Shown: one piece after another, positions 16,650 through 25,795 of the stretch | Layout of the letters: every line of letters starts with the position of its first letter | How positions within the stretch are numbered: the first letter of the stretch is position 1 | Virus record (IMG/VR): IMGVR_UViG_3300020577_006613 | Location: 36,329 to 100,328 of that record | Length of the DNA: 64,000 nt | Reading direction: 5' to 3' (one strand) | From: a virus | Taxonomy: Duplodnaviria > Caudoviricetes | Notes under the pieces: model-generated | Databases searched by the model: none | The model's input: only the letters and a program-made list of their open reading frames with translations | Told to the model about the DNA's origin: nothing | Made by a program: the position numbers and the translations under genes

Positions 16650-16771
16650 GCGTCTGTAGTGTAATGGTAGCACACTAAAACATCCTGACCACTAACTTAC
16701 CGAACAGGTCGACCGGAAAGGGTTATCTCTATTACCAAGAGGTAGTTTGGGTTCGAATCCCAACGGGCGCT
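16650..16771 (+). ncRNA. tRNA-like Y RNA C (YrlA-type, permuted Ro module inserted in tRNA-Gly-like cloverleaf)
   Basis: GCGTCTG/CGGGCGC-T acceptor, D arm GTGT-AATGGTA-GCAC, T arm TTGGG-TTCGAAT-CCCAA, ~50-nt insert CC-ACTAACTT-ACC-GAACA-GGT-CGACC-GG. Confidence 0.8.
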
Positions 16772-16777
16772 TTGAAA

Positions 16778-17338
16778 ATGTTGATTGAATCGCTCATACC
16801 GATGCAGAACACTCTGCGAGAAGCGGAGCAGCTACCTGAAATGGTAGATTTTGTTCGCAGCGGCGGAGTCTTTACTGCTGAAACTCTTTCAGTCTTTGCG
16901 ACAAAGAAGAGAGAAAATGCAGTTAGTCTCTTTAAGCTCAACCCCATAAAGGTTGTCAGGTTTGAAGACGGAGCGATGTACCTTCACGATGGCCTTCATC
17001 GTACAACAGCTATATGGATGGCTGGAAGAAGGGTCTTGGATTCGAGAGAGTTTGTGTTAGAAGGTTGGGAGTATAAGGATTACCTGGAAATCAATCTTGA
17101 TCAAAAATGGTATACGCCATTTGATCCGAGAAAAGAAGTTCGCATCAATGACTTCCTCTCGTATAAGAGATTGGTGGAAGAGTTCATAACCAAGGAACCG
17201 AAGCCGACAAATGAAGAAATTCGGCTTTACATACTTGACCATTATGAGGTACAGTCGTATACTGAACCTCGTTCTGTGAAATCAGTAGCAGAAGTGGCAA
17301 GTCGGCATACTATGGCAATACCTGCTGTAGTCGAATAA
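16778..17338 (+). CDS. ParB/Srx-like N-terminal domain protein
   Basis: PIKV..FEDG.MYLHDGLHR..A motif. Confidence 0.55.
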   Translation: MLIESLIPMQNTLREAEQLPEMVDFVRSGGVFTAETLSVFATKKRENAVSLFKLNPIKVVRFEDGAMYLHDGLHRTTAIWMAGRRVLDSREFVLEGWEYKDYLEINLDQKWYTPFDPRKEVRINDFLSYKRLVEEFITKEPKPTNEEIRLYILDHYEVQSYTEPRSVKSVAEVASRHTMAIPAVVE

Positions 17339-17349
17339 GGAGTTGGGAA

Positions 17350-19047
17350 ATGGCAAATTACGGTAAGCACGCAGCGTCCATCAGCAAGAAGACCCCAAAG
17401 GCTACGCCTCAGACTGTGCAGACCCCTGGTACTGTGCAGAACAACGCAGGCGGCTATGTCTATGAGATTGATAAGTGGGAGCGCCTTGATCGTTTCCTGA
17501 TCTTGGGTACGGATGGCGCAACCTACTACTGCTCAGAGCGCAAGATGTCGCTCGATAACTCCAAGAACGTCCTTGAGTGCATCAAGGAGGACGGTATTCG
17601 TACCGTTAACCGCATCGTTGAGATCAGCGATGATGGTCGCGCTCCAAAGAATGATCCTGCTCTCTTTGCGCTTGCGCTCTGCGCTTCGCATGGTGATGAT
17701 GACACTCGTAAGCTCGCGCTGAACCTTCTCCCGAAGGTTGCTCGTATCGGTACTCACTTGTTCCAGTTCTCGCACTTCATTGACGGTCAGCGTGGTTGGG
17801 GTTCCGGCCTCCGCAACGCTATCGCCAACTGGTACAACGGAATGAAGCCTGAGCGCCTTGCTCTTCAGGTTGTTAAGTATCCGCAGCGTACTGCTGAGGA
17901 GGGTAACGCGAAGTCTTCCTGGTCGCACGATGACTTGCTCCGCAAGTCTCACGTTCGAGGCGATGAGCTTCACAACCTGATCTATCAGTACGTCACGAAG
18001 GAGGGTAAGCTTCCTGACCGTGTTCCTGAGCCTCTTGCTATCCTTGAGGGCGCAAGCCGCATGAAGTCTGCAAAGACTGAGGGCGATGTTGTTTCCTTGA
18101 TCGAGAAGTATGAGCTTCCGCATGAGCTTGTTCCGAAGGAGTTCGGCAACAGCGAAGCCGTATGGCGCGCTCTCCTGCCGCACATGCCTATCACGGCAAC
18201 TATGCGCACGTTGAACCGTCTTACGTCTTACGGCGTCCTCAAGCCGCTTTCGAGCGATTTGAAGATGGTTGTTGAGCGTTTGACCAACGTTGAGAATATC
18301 AAGAAGGGCCGCGTTCACCCGCTGGCAGTTCTCGGTGCGCTCAAGACGTACTCCAACGGTCGTGGTGTCAAGGGTAGTTTGACCTGGTCTCCTTTGTCGC
18401 AGATTACTGATGCACTTGACGATATGCTCTACCTCGCGTTCGATAACATCGAGCCGACTGGTAAGAACATCTTGATCGGTCTTGACGTTTCTGGTTCTAT
18501 GGAGAGCGGAAACATTGGTGGTCTTGACTTCGTTACGCCTCGCGAGGCATCTGCTGTCATGGCGATGGTTACGGCGCGTAGCGAGAAGAACTACCATATC
18601 ATCGGATTCACTGCCGGTGGCTGGACCGCAAGTGGTCAGCACTCTCGTTCAAGTTGGGGTGGCGGTGGCTACGGAGTTACCGACATTCACATCAGCCCTC
18701 GCGAGCGTCTGGATGCTGTCTGCAAGAAGATCGGCGCTCTCCCGATGGGAGGTACGGACTGTGCATTGCCTGTTCTCTACGCAATGGAGAAGGGTCTGCA
18801 TGTTGACGCCTTCATTACCTACACCGACAACGAGACCTGGGCAGGCGCTATCAAGCCGCATGAGGCTCTGGTACAGTACCGTAATCAGCGCAACGCTCAG
18901 GCGAAGCTGATTGCAGTTGGTATGACTGCAACCGAGTACAGCATTGCTGACTCGAACGATGCTGGTTCCATGAACTTCGTTGGGTTCGATTCGTCGGCTC
19001 CGGCGCTCATGGCAGACTTCATTCGTAAGCCGCTTCGCTCTCGCTAA
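17350..19047 (+). CDS. rsr: Ro60/Rsr (TROVE + vWA) RNA-binding protein
   Basis: QNNAGGYV, RFLILGTDG.TYY, ARIGTHLFQF, GRVHP, vWA LDVSGSM, GGTDCALP, TDNETW, GFDS. Confidence 0.96.
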   Translation: MANYGKHAASISKKTPKATPQTVQTPGTVQNNAGGYVYEIDKWERLDRFLILGTDGATYYCSERKMSLDNSKNVLECIKEDGIRTVNRIVEISDDGRAPKNDPALFALALCASHGDDDTRKLALNLLPKVARIGTHLFQFSHFIDGQRGWGSGLRNAIANWYNGMKPERLALQVVKYPQRTAEEGNAKSSWSHDDLLRKSHVRGDELHNLIYQYVTKEGKLPDRVPEPLAILEGASRMKSAKTEGDVVSLIEKYELPHELVPKEFGNSEAVWRALLPHMPITATMRTLNRLTSYGVLKPLSSDLKMVVERLTNVENIKKGRVHPLAVLGALKTYSNGRGVKGSLTWSPLSQITDALDDMLYLAFDNIEPTGKNILIGLDVSGSMESGNIGGLDFVTPREASAVMAMVTARSEKNYHIIGFTAGGWTASGQHSRSSWGGGGYGVTDIHISPRERLDAVCKKIGALPMGGTDCALPVLYAMEKGLHVDAFITYTDNETWAGAIKPHEALVQYRNQRNAQAKLIAVGMTATEYSIADSNDAGSMNFVGFDSSAPALMADFIRKPLRSR

Positions 19048-19074
19048 GCGATTTACGAGCAACTAAGTTGTTTC

Positions 19075-19106
19075 AGCCCCTTCGGTGTTCTACCGAGGGG
19101 GCTTTT
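19075..19106 (+). terminator. intrinsic terminator after rsr
   Basis: AGCCCCTTCGGT-GTTCT-ACCGAGGGGGCT-TTT. Confidence 0.8.
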
Positions 19107-19136
19107 CATTTAAGCCGAAAATCTAGAGAGGTTTTT

Positions 19137-19664
19137 ATGACACGAAATGACGTAATCAGGCTCAATGCTGCTCATATCAGAAGAGTTGGCGAGTTTCTTG
19201 TTCGGATATCAAACGAACTCAATCAAAGAGCAATAAACCATGACGCAAGCAAGTGGAGCGAAGAAGAGTGGCCTTACTTTGAGAAGGTAACTCCTAAGTT
19301 TGCGGGCGTAACTTACGGTAGCGATGAATACAAAGCTATTGTTGCTGAAGTAAAACCAGCCAATGAACATCACAACAAAGTCAACCGTCATCACCCAGAA
19401 CATTTTGCAAATGGCATCAATGACATGACGCTGTTGGATCTGATTGAAATGATGTGCGACTGGAAAGCTGCTAGCGAACGCAGTAGTGATGGAACAATTG
19501 CTAGGTCTATCGAGCATAATAAGAAAAGACTTGGCATTGAACCTCAACTTCTGAGAATACTAGAAAACACCTGTCGAGAACAAGGTTGGATGCCTCCCAA
19601 AGTAGAGCCATCTCAAACGACTGGTTACGCTGGTAGAGACGAGACTGGTGGTAGCGACTTCTAA
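19137..19664 (+). CDS. HD-like protein (DUF5662-like)
   Basis: HDASK, HH...NRHHPEH, DLIEM.CDW. Confidence 0.75.
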   Translation: MTRNDVIRLNAAHIRRVGEFLVRISNELNQRAINHDASKWSEEEWPYFEKVTPKFAGVTYGSDEYKAIVAEVKPANEHHNKVNRHHPEHFANGINDMTLLDLIEMMCDWKAASERSSDGTIARSIEHNKKRLGIEPQLLRILENTCREQGWMPPKVEPSQTTGYAGRDETGGSDF

Positions 19665-19673
19665 GGATGTTCT

Positions 19674-20069
19674 ATGGAAGCTCCGACTAAGTATTTCGAT
19701 TTCGATTCTCCCAAGGAAGCAATGAACCATTATGCCTCTTGGCCTCAACAGGTGCCTTGGGGTCTATTCCCTTGCAGGAAATGCAGAGGACAGGGATGGG
19801 AATATGATCCAGACGACCCGCCAGATCCGGTTGAAGGCTACAAGCTTGTAAGAAGACTGAAATGCGAAGTATGTAAAGGACAGAAACACTCATCGTTGGC
19901 TGAAGACAAAGTAGCATTTGAAGCTTACATAGAGTATCACAAGAATTCTTACCAGCAAAAAATGACTGAATATGAAAAGCACAACATTACTGTAGAGTCA
20001 GCTTTAGCCAAGCTCACCGCTGACGAAGTTTCCGCTCTTAAGAGAGAATGGACTCAAAGAAGATTCTAG
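19674..20069 (+). CDS. DnaJ-type Zn-finger protein
   Basis: CRKCRGQG, CEVCKG. Confidence 0.65.
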   Translation: MEAPTKYFDFDSPKEAMNHYASWPQQVPWGLFPCRKCRGQGWEYDPDDPPDPVEGYKLVRRLKCEVCKGQKHSSLAEDKVAFEAYIEYHKNSYQQKMTEYEKHNITVESALAKLTADEVSALKREWTQRRF

Positions 20070-20091
20070 TCTCATTACTCAGAAAGCAATC

Positions 20092-20433
20092 ATGAAAAAC
20101 TTACTTGTTTTGGCAACGTCTTTCCTTGTTTTTCTTAATGGATGCTCTGTCACTCCAATTGAACCAAAACTAGAAGCGCAAGCAGAAACTAAGGTAAGAG
20201 CTTCGCCCCTACCGATGATGATTGTCAATCCTGGATCTGTTATTCATACAAGCGTCAATAGAACAGTAATTGTCTTTCCCCAAGACATAATCATAAACAT
20301 CACAGAAACGGAAACGCTTGTCACATTCACTGACGCTTTTAGTGGTAACAGGACTACCGTTCAAGGCGATATTGATATGACGTTCCTGAAATCAACAGAC
20401 TACAAGATTGTAGATTGGAGAAAGAACAAATGA
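20092..20433 (+). CDS. putative lipoprotein
   Basis: lipobox LNGC. Confidence 0.65.
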   Translation: MKNLLVLATSFLVFLNGCSVTPIEPKLEAQAETKVRASPLPMMIVNPGSVIHTSVNRTVIVFPQDIIINITETETLVTFTDAFSGNRTTVQGDIDMTFLKSTDYKIVDWRKNK

Positions 20434-20639
20434 AAATGACCATTGTTTGCGATAGTATTGACGAAATCAGGCTTGAAAACTATGAAGCTCAAGTTACTTT
20501 TGGTAAAGTAACGAGCATTGATTACGACTTCAGGGACATAGACACTCTTGTTGAAATGATTGGAGTCGATAAGATTCTTGACGCTATTGACAGAGACAAA
20601 GTGCTTAATCACTTTGGCATCTTTGAAGATGAGGATTAA
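20430..20639 (+). CDS. hypothetical acidic protein
   Basis: ATGA overlap, GGAG RBS. Confidence 0.65.
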   Translation: MKMTIVCDSIDEIRLENYEAQVTFGKVTSIDYDFRDIDTLVEMIGVDKILDAIDRDKVLNHFGIFEDED

Positions 20640-20728
20640 AGCACTTCGTAAACCAAAGCGTGATACCTCAAAAGCTTCAACTAAAATGGTCGATCTCAAT
20701 AGAGGGCACCCGACAAAGAAAGGGCTTT

Positions 20729-21115
20729 ATGCTTCTAAGTGAACAGTTGCGAGAACAGATTGATCCGAGCCGAGTCTTTGATGAGAACCAAGAGATTGTA
20801 CAGAAGCTTTACACAGAAGCTCTGGCTGCGTCTTTTGGTATCGAACAGGATCGAGACGAAAGCTTTGCCATTATTTGCACAATGATGACTATTTGTATGC
20901 TGAAAAACCTCAATGAGGTTCCTCGCTCATTCGAAATAGATTATGACGACGAAGATGAAGAACTCATAGCTGAGCTTGCTGAGTCTCTGGGTTATTACTT
21001 GACTTTTGAGGCCATGTGTAGCCGAGGTATAGCAAAGAAGAAGATCGTTAACGGGTCTCCTGTTTACACGGTTCCCAAGAGCAGAAGCAGAAAGAGTGTC
21101 AAGAAGACAAAGTAA
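20729..21115 (+). CDS. hypothetical protein
   Basis: ATG 20729 in track ORF 20660..21115. Confidence 0.65.
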   Translation: MLLSEQLREQIDPSRVFDENQEIVQKLYTEALAASFGIEQDRDESFAIICTMMTICMLKNLNEVPRSFEIDYDDEDEELIAELAESLGYYLTFEAMCSRGIAKKKIVNGSPVYTVPKSRSRKSVKKTK

Positions 21116-21116
21116 T

Positions 21117-21695
21117 ATGCAGATACGAAGAGTCAACTTTTACGGCGGTCCTGGTCTTGGCAAAACAACGACCGCTTCTCATATCTTTGCCAGGCTCAAA
21201 AATACGATCATTCATAACAACCTGCCTACTCAGATTGAACTCGTTCAAGAGTATGTCAAGAATTGGGCATGGGAAGGTCGTAAGCCAAAGGGTTTTGATC
21301 AAGTCTATATCTGCGCTCAACAAATGAGGAAAGAGGAAATCCCTCTTCGAAATGGAGTTGATGTTGTTGTTACAGACTCTCCTCTTCTCATGCAATGCGC
21401 TTACGCTCGCAAATACGGGAATTCCTATTGGGAAGCTCTTACCGAATGCGTTCGTCATTTTGAGCAAGTATATCCTTCTATTCATATCTTGCTTGACCGG
21501 GGCGATAGGCCTTATGTTGCCAAGGGTCGTTACGAATCGCATGAACAAGCAAAGAGTATGGATAGCTATATCAAAGACGTACTTGATTCTCATGTAGACA
21601 GCTATGAGACAATGCCCTACAACGATATTGAAGCTATTGAAAACTTCGTGATGTCTAAAATCACACAGCACACAAAGACGATAAGTGGTTCATAA
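21117..21695 (+). CDS. NadR/Ttd14-like P-loop kinase (AAA_28-like)
   Basis: GGPGLGKTT, EYVK.WAWE, VVTDSPL. Confidence 0.75.
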   Translation: MQIRRVNFYGGPGLGKTTTASHIFARLKNTIIHNNLPTQIELVQEYVKNWAWEGRKPKGFDQVYICAQQMRKEEIPLRNGVDVVVTDSPLLMQCAYARKYGNSYWEALTECVRHFEQVYPSIHILLDRGDRPYVAKGRYESHEQAKSMDSYIKDVLDSHVDSYETMPYNDIEAIENFVMSKITQHTKTISGS

Positions 21696-21721
21696 CTCAT
21701 CGTAGTAGAAAGGACAGAGTA

Positions 21722-22255
21722 ATGGACAGAGATTTAGTTTACGCAGCACTTGACTCAGAAAGAGATTTTCAGGACGCATTTCTTGCCGACAAGGGCTTGA
21801 ATCCCAACAAGACGGTTGGAGAGTTTTTGACTCTTATTAGAACCTATGCAAACAGGGCTGATTATGCTTGGACTGGTTCTCCTGGCGATGCAGGCGCTTT
21901 GGAAGAAATCCGCAAGATTGCTGCTATTTGCGTTTCTTGTATGGAGAAGCATGGCACTACCATTAGGCCTCTCTACACAAGCCGAAATGCATCTGTTCAG
22001 AAGCCTCTTGTAACTCCCGCTCGTAGAACTCCATTCCAGAATATCAACTGGAACAGTGTTGTTTCTTCGAACATTCAAGCGGTTCGTTACGACCCTAATG
22101 CACAAATGCTTCAGATTCGTTTCAGAGATAGCGGTGTTTACGAGTTTGTTGGTGTTCCTCAGCATGTCTATCAGGCATTCGCTCTTGCTGCCTCTAAGGG
22201 CAAGTTCTTCCATGCAAACATCCGAGGCACCTACACAAGCCAGAAGGTAGGTTAA
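21722..22255 (+). CDS. helical (MazG-like) domain fused to KTSC domain
   Basis: EEIRKIAAICV; SSNIQAVRYD...L.IRF....YEF.GVP..VY......SKGKFF..NIRG. Confidence 0.75.
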   Translation: MDRDLVYAALDSERDFQDAFLADKGLNPNKTVGEFLTLIRTYANRADYAWTGSPGDAGALEEIRKIAAICVSCMEKHGTTIRPLYTSRNASVQKPLVTPARRTPFQNINWNSVVSSNIQAVRYDPNAQMLQIRFRDSGVYEFVGVPQHVYQAFALAASKGKFFHANIRGTYTSQKVG

Positions 22256-22261
22256 ACAGTT

Positions 22262-22948
22262 ATGAAAAAGCAATTAATCGCAAATTCAACAGTTCTTGAG
22301 ATTAGAGAAGCCAATAAAAAGCTTCTTGATATGGGCAAAACAACTCATGCTGCCCGTTATCGAGAACTGTCTAGGCGTTTCAATCTAAGCGAATGGTCTA
22401 TTCGCTGGATCTGTCAAGGCAGAGAGTATATTGGCGCAGGCGGCTTTATTGAAAGATTCGACCACGAAGGCGGCTTCAATAGAGCCATTTCAGATGCCGA
22501 AGCCCTTGCTGTCAAGCTTGAGTTTAGCAAAAACGCAACTGTTATTGACCTCGCCAATAAGTACAAGGTTTCTCCGGTTACGATTCAGAGAATTTTACTT
22601 GGCAAGACTTACAGAAACGTTGGCGGTCCTTTGGCCTTCAGAAGTTCTATTAAGAAGAGAATGGGCAACAAGTCCTCTCTCGTAGCCAGCACTCTTGCTA
22701 AACCGACAACGGTTATAGCCCCCAGAGTTATTTCTCATCCGCCACAGACAACGCCTATTAAGTCTGTATCTTCAACGCCTAATCTTTCCACTATAGATGT
22801 CTTTCTTATCAGAACTGGTTACTCTTTTGGCGCTTCGATTGAAGCTCTTCAGATTCAGTTCCGTCTTAGCAGGCAAACGGTAGTCGAAATCATCAACGGC
22901 AAAATGTTTCCCAACCTTCCTGGCCCCAAAGAAACGACACTTGTATGA
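22262..22948 (+). CDS. multi-HTH DNA-binding protein
   Basis: Three repeats of LA..Y/F.VS..TI..I..GK.Y. Confidence 0.65.
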   Translation: MKKQLIANSTVLEIREANKKLLDMGKTTHAARYRELSRRFNLSEWSIRWICQGREYIGAGGFIERFDHEGGFNRAISDAEALAVKLEFSKNATVIDLANKYKVSPVTIQRILLGKTYRNVGGPLAFRSSIKKRMGNKSSLVASTLAKPTTVIAPRVISHPPQTTPIKSVSSTPNLSTIDVFLIRTGYSFGASIEALQIQFRLSRQTVVEIINGKMFPNLPGPKETTLV

Positions 22949-23577
22949 GTCCTGAACAAATTCTTCGTAAAGCGGCTTTCATGATTAGAAGTGCAGACCC
23001 TTCTATCACCATACAAGAAGCCGAGGCAAGAGTAAGAAACTACACAGGCTTTCCATCATCGTCCAAAGACAGGGATGATTCATACAAAAGACTGTCGTGG
23101 GATGATTACTTCATGTCTTTGGCTTTTCTTGTAGCCATGCGTTCGCCTGACGCTCAAACTCAGCACGGATGCGTCATTGTTGATCAAAACAACAAGGTTA
23201 TTTCGACTGGCTACAATGGATGGTTGCAGGGGTCTTCTGATGAAGACATGCCCAACATTAGGCCTAAGAAGTATTTGCATGTTATCCACTCAGAAGTCAA
23301 TGCTGTTTTGTCGGCTCAGCAAAACCTTGTTGGTTGTAGAGTTTATGTAACTGGTCCGCCTTGTAATGAGTGCCTTAAGACGATGGCTCGCGTTGGAATC
23401 AAGGAAATCATCATAGGCGATAGGCCTCATGTTTTTTCTGAGGGATACCTTGAACTTCAGTCGTTCATTTGCGCATCTCAAGATATCAAGATTCGTAAGT
23501 TTACTGGAACTCTTGCGTCTTTGGATGGCAGAACCATATCAAAGGAAAGCCATGAGAGTTTACAAAGAACGAAATAA
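22945..23577 (+). CDS. dCMP deaminase
   Basis: WDDYFM.LA....RSPD, GYNG, HSEVNA, PCNEC. Confidence 0.92.
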   Translation: MSPEQILRKAAFMIRSADPSITIQEAEARVRNYTGFPSSSKDRDDSYKRLSWDDYFMSLAFLVAMRSPDAQTQHGCVIVDQNNKVISTGYNGWLQGSSDEDMPNIRPKKYLHVIHSEVNAVLSAQQNLVGCRVYVTGPPCNECLKTMARVGIKEIIIGDRPHVFSEGYLELQSFICASQDIKIRKFTGTLASLDGRTISKESHESLQRTK

Positions 23578-23968
23578 CCTCGAAGAAATAGACGCTCTTA
23601 TCCATGAACGGATTTATGGACTAACTACCTATAAACAGGACGCAAGCGTTCGAGACTGGCAGGGGTTGATCCCTAAATACTCTTCAGATTTTTCACTTGC
23701 AATGTCAGTCGCTGAGAAAGTCGGCCTTTTCGACACTATAATGCTGGCGAAGGACCGAGAGAACTGGATCACGCTTGAAGCCTCAGTAAGTAGTTTGAAC
23801 GAAACCCAGTCTCAGAAGTTCTATTCTTCAGGTCTTGATATCAAGGCCAAAGCTTTCTCTTCTGGCTTTACCGCTGCTGAAGCAGTTGCAAGAGCCTGTT
23901 TGGTTCTGAAGGTAAAAGAAAATGAGCAATCCAGCAGGTCCGATCAACAGAGTCTTGGAGTCCTTTAG
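23552..23968 (+). CDS. phage ABA-sandwich-like protein
   Basis: PKYSSDFSLAM.VAEK...AEAVARACL. Confidence 0.6.
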   Translation: MRVYKERNNLEEIDALIHERIYGLTTYKQDASVRDWQGLIPKYSSDFSLAMSVAEKVGLFDTIMLAKDRENWITLEASVSSLNETQSQKFYSSGLDIKAKAFSSGFTAAEAVARACLVLKVKENEQSSRSDQQSLGVL

Positions 23969-24953
23969 AAGACTTGTTCCAGAAGACAAATCTGCTGTTA
24001 TCGCATGCTCAGGCGGGGCCGATTCAATGGCCCTGCTTTTTTGCGCGCAAAAGACTGGACGAACCCTTATTGCTGCTCATGTTCTTCACGACATGAGGCC
24101 TTACGATGAAGCATCAAAAGACAGGGATCTGGTTCAGTCATACTGCGAAAGTAACGCCATTCATTTCGTTGACAAGGTTGCAAAGCTAAGGTTTGGCGAA
24201 AAAATCCCAACAGAAGAAGCATACGGATACGAAAGACAAAGACTCTTATGGGGAGTGGCTGATGAGTACAACGGATATGTTGTAACCGCTCATCACGCAG
24301 ATGACCAGCTTGAAACAATGCTCATGAAGCTCTGTAGAGGTTCAGGTCTTCGTGGACTGTCGGGCATTTCAGAGACACACAACCACAACGACAACATTAC
24401 TGTTCGACCAATGCTCTCAATCTCCAAGGATGATGTATACGAGATTTGCAGACAGAACAATGTTCCGTTCAATGAAGATCAAACCAACAAAGATACCAAG
24501 TACACTCGAAACGCTATTCGACACAATGTGATTCCTGCTTTGAAGGCTCTGTTTCCTCATTGTTCAGAAAAGGCAAACGACGCTGCTGCTATCTTTTCAC
24601 AGGCGCAGGAACTTGCAAACGAAAGCCTCTACGATCTCAAGTTGCACCAGAAGACTAACATTGTTTATGATCCCGACTGGGGAGGTGGCGGTACTTGCGT
24701 AAGCCTTCCTATTGAGGCTTTGCAACTTGCCAACAACATTACTATCTATGAGTGGCTTAGAAGTTCTGTTGTCTATCTTGCAGGAGGTTTTGAATACGTT
24801 GCTCATGACAGCGTAAACAAGGAAATGGTTGACAAAGTAATCTTGGCTATTAGAAACAGGTCTAAGAGAACCTTTGATTGGCCTCTCAATATCAAAGTTA
24901 GCGTTTCCAAGACTGAAGTAACAGTGATGATTGTTAAGAAGATTCTGCCATGA
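23922..24953 (+). CDS. tilS: tRNA(Ile)-lysidine synthetase
   Basis: SGGADSMAL, TAHHADDQLET.LM.L.RGSGL.GL, RPML, RNAIRH. Confidence 0.93.
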   Translation: MSNPAGPINRVLESFRRLVPEDKSAVIACSGGADSMALLFCAQKTGRTLIAAHVLHDMRPYDEASKDRDLVQSYCESNAIHFVDKVAKLRFGEKIPTEEAYGYERQRLLWGVADEYNGYVVTAHHADDQLETMLMKLCRGSGLRGLSGISETHNHNDNITVRPMLSISKDDVYEICRQNNVPFNEDQTNKDTKYTRNAIRHNVIPALKALFPHCSEKANDAAAIFSQAQELANESLYDLKLHQKTNIVYDPDWGGGGTCVSLPIEALQLANNITIYEWLRSSVVYLAGGFEYVAHDSVNKEMVDKVILAIRNRSKRTFDWPLNIKVSVSKTEVTVMIVKKILP

Positions 24954-25795
24954 AGAAAGCTCCTGTTGTCAAGTGGATTATTGAAGAAGGGACGTTTTCT
25001 GAGGATATAGCTTCAATTGTTGAGGCTGTGCGGTCTCAGAACATGATAGCTGAAACTGTAAGATATAGACCCTTTGAAAGCGGAGAATACAATCAGTTTG
25101 GTGACAACGACTGCGTTATTGTGCTGGGTTCGATCAACCTAGTCAGGCAAATCCAAAGACAAAAGCCTTGGATTCCTGGAAGCTTTGCCAATTTCCCCAA
25201 CTTCGACTGCATGACCTATTACGCCTACTTTGGCAAGTTTCTCTGGAACAATCCTTACTACATAATGCCTCTGGCAGAAGTAAAGAGAAAGTTCAACGAC
25301 TTACAGTTGAAGCACGGTAGACTCTTCATAAGACCTTGTACTGGCACGAAAGCTTTTTCAGGTCAGATTCTTGATTATGAAGATCTTCTTCGCCATGAAG
25401 ACCAATATGGAAAGCCAGAGCTTCCTGTTGTTATCGCTCCAGGAATGGAGATAAGAAGCGAGTTTAGGCTTTTCTGCTCCGGTAATAAAGTCATTGCCGG
25501 TTCAATGTACTACAATCAAGAAGGAATGTACGAAACCGCTCCTATTGATATGCTTGCCGGGGAGAAATATTCTACACTGGCAGTAAACTATGCCCATGAT
25601 ATTCTCAGTCAAGTTTCTTGGCGACCTGATAAGATGTTCGCTATGGACATCGGAATTGGCCCCAGAAACGAGGTAGGCCTTATCGAGATTAACAGCTTTA
25701 GCTGTTCTGGCTGGTACAGGTCTCCTCCATCTCTTATTGTTGCCGAAGCCGCTCGACTGGCAAGAGAAGAGTGGGAGGAAATTAACAATCTCTAG
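24950..25795 (+). CDS. ATP-grasp protein (DUF4343/R2K-like)
   Basis: FIRP...KAFSG, EFR.F, MDIG, IEINSFSCSG.Y. Confidence 0.75.
   Translation: MKKAPVVKWIIEEGTFSEDIASIVEAVRSQNMIAETVRYRPFESGEYNQFGDNDCVIVLGSINLVRQIQRQKPWIPGSFANFPNFDCMTYYAYFGKFLWNNPYYIMPLAEVKRKFNDLQLKHGRLFIRPCTGTKAFSGQILDYEDLLRHEDQYGKPELPVVIAPGMEIRSEFRLFCSGNKVIAGSMYYNQEGMYETAPIDMLAGEKYSTLAVNYAHDILSQVSWRPDKMFAMDIGIGPRNEVGLIEINSFSCSGWYRSPPSLIVAEAARLAREEWEEINNL

Noticed and set aside
16650-16771. Ordinary tRNA gene
   Set aside because: It has a 50-nt insert after the D arm and a non-canonical anticodon loop; the insert matches the neighbouring Y-like module.
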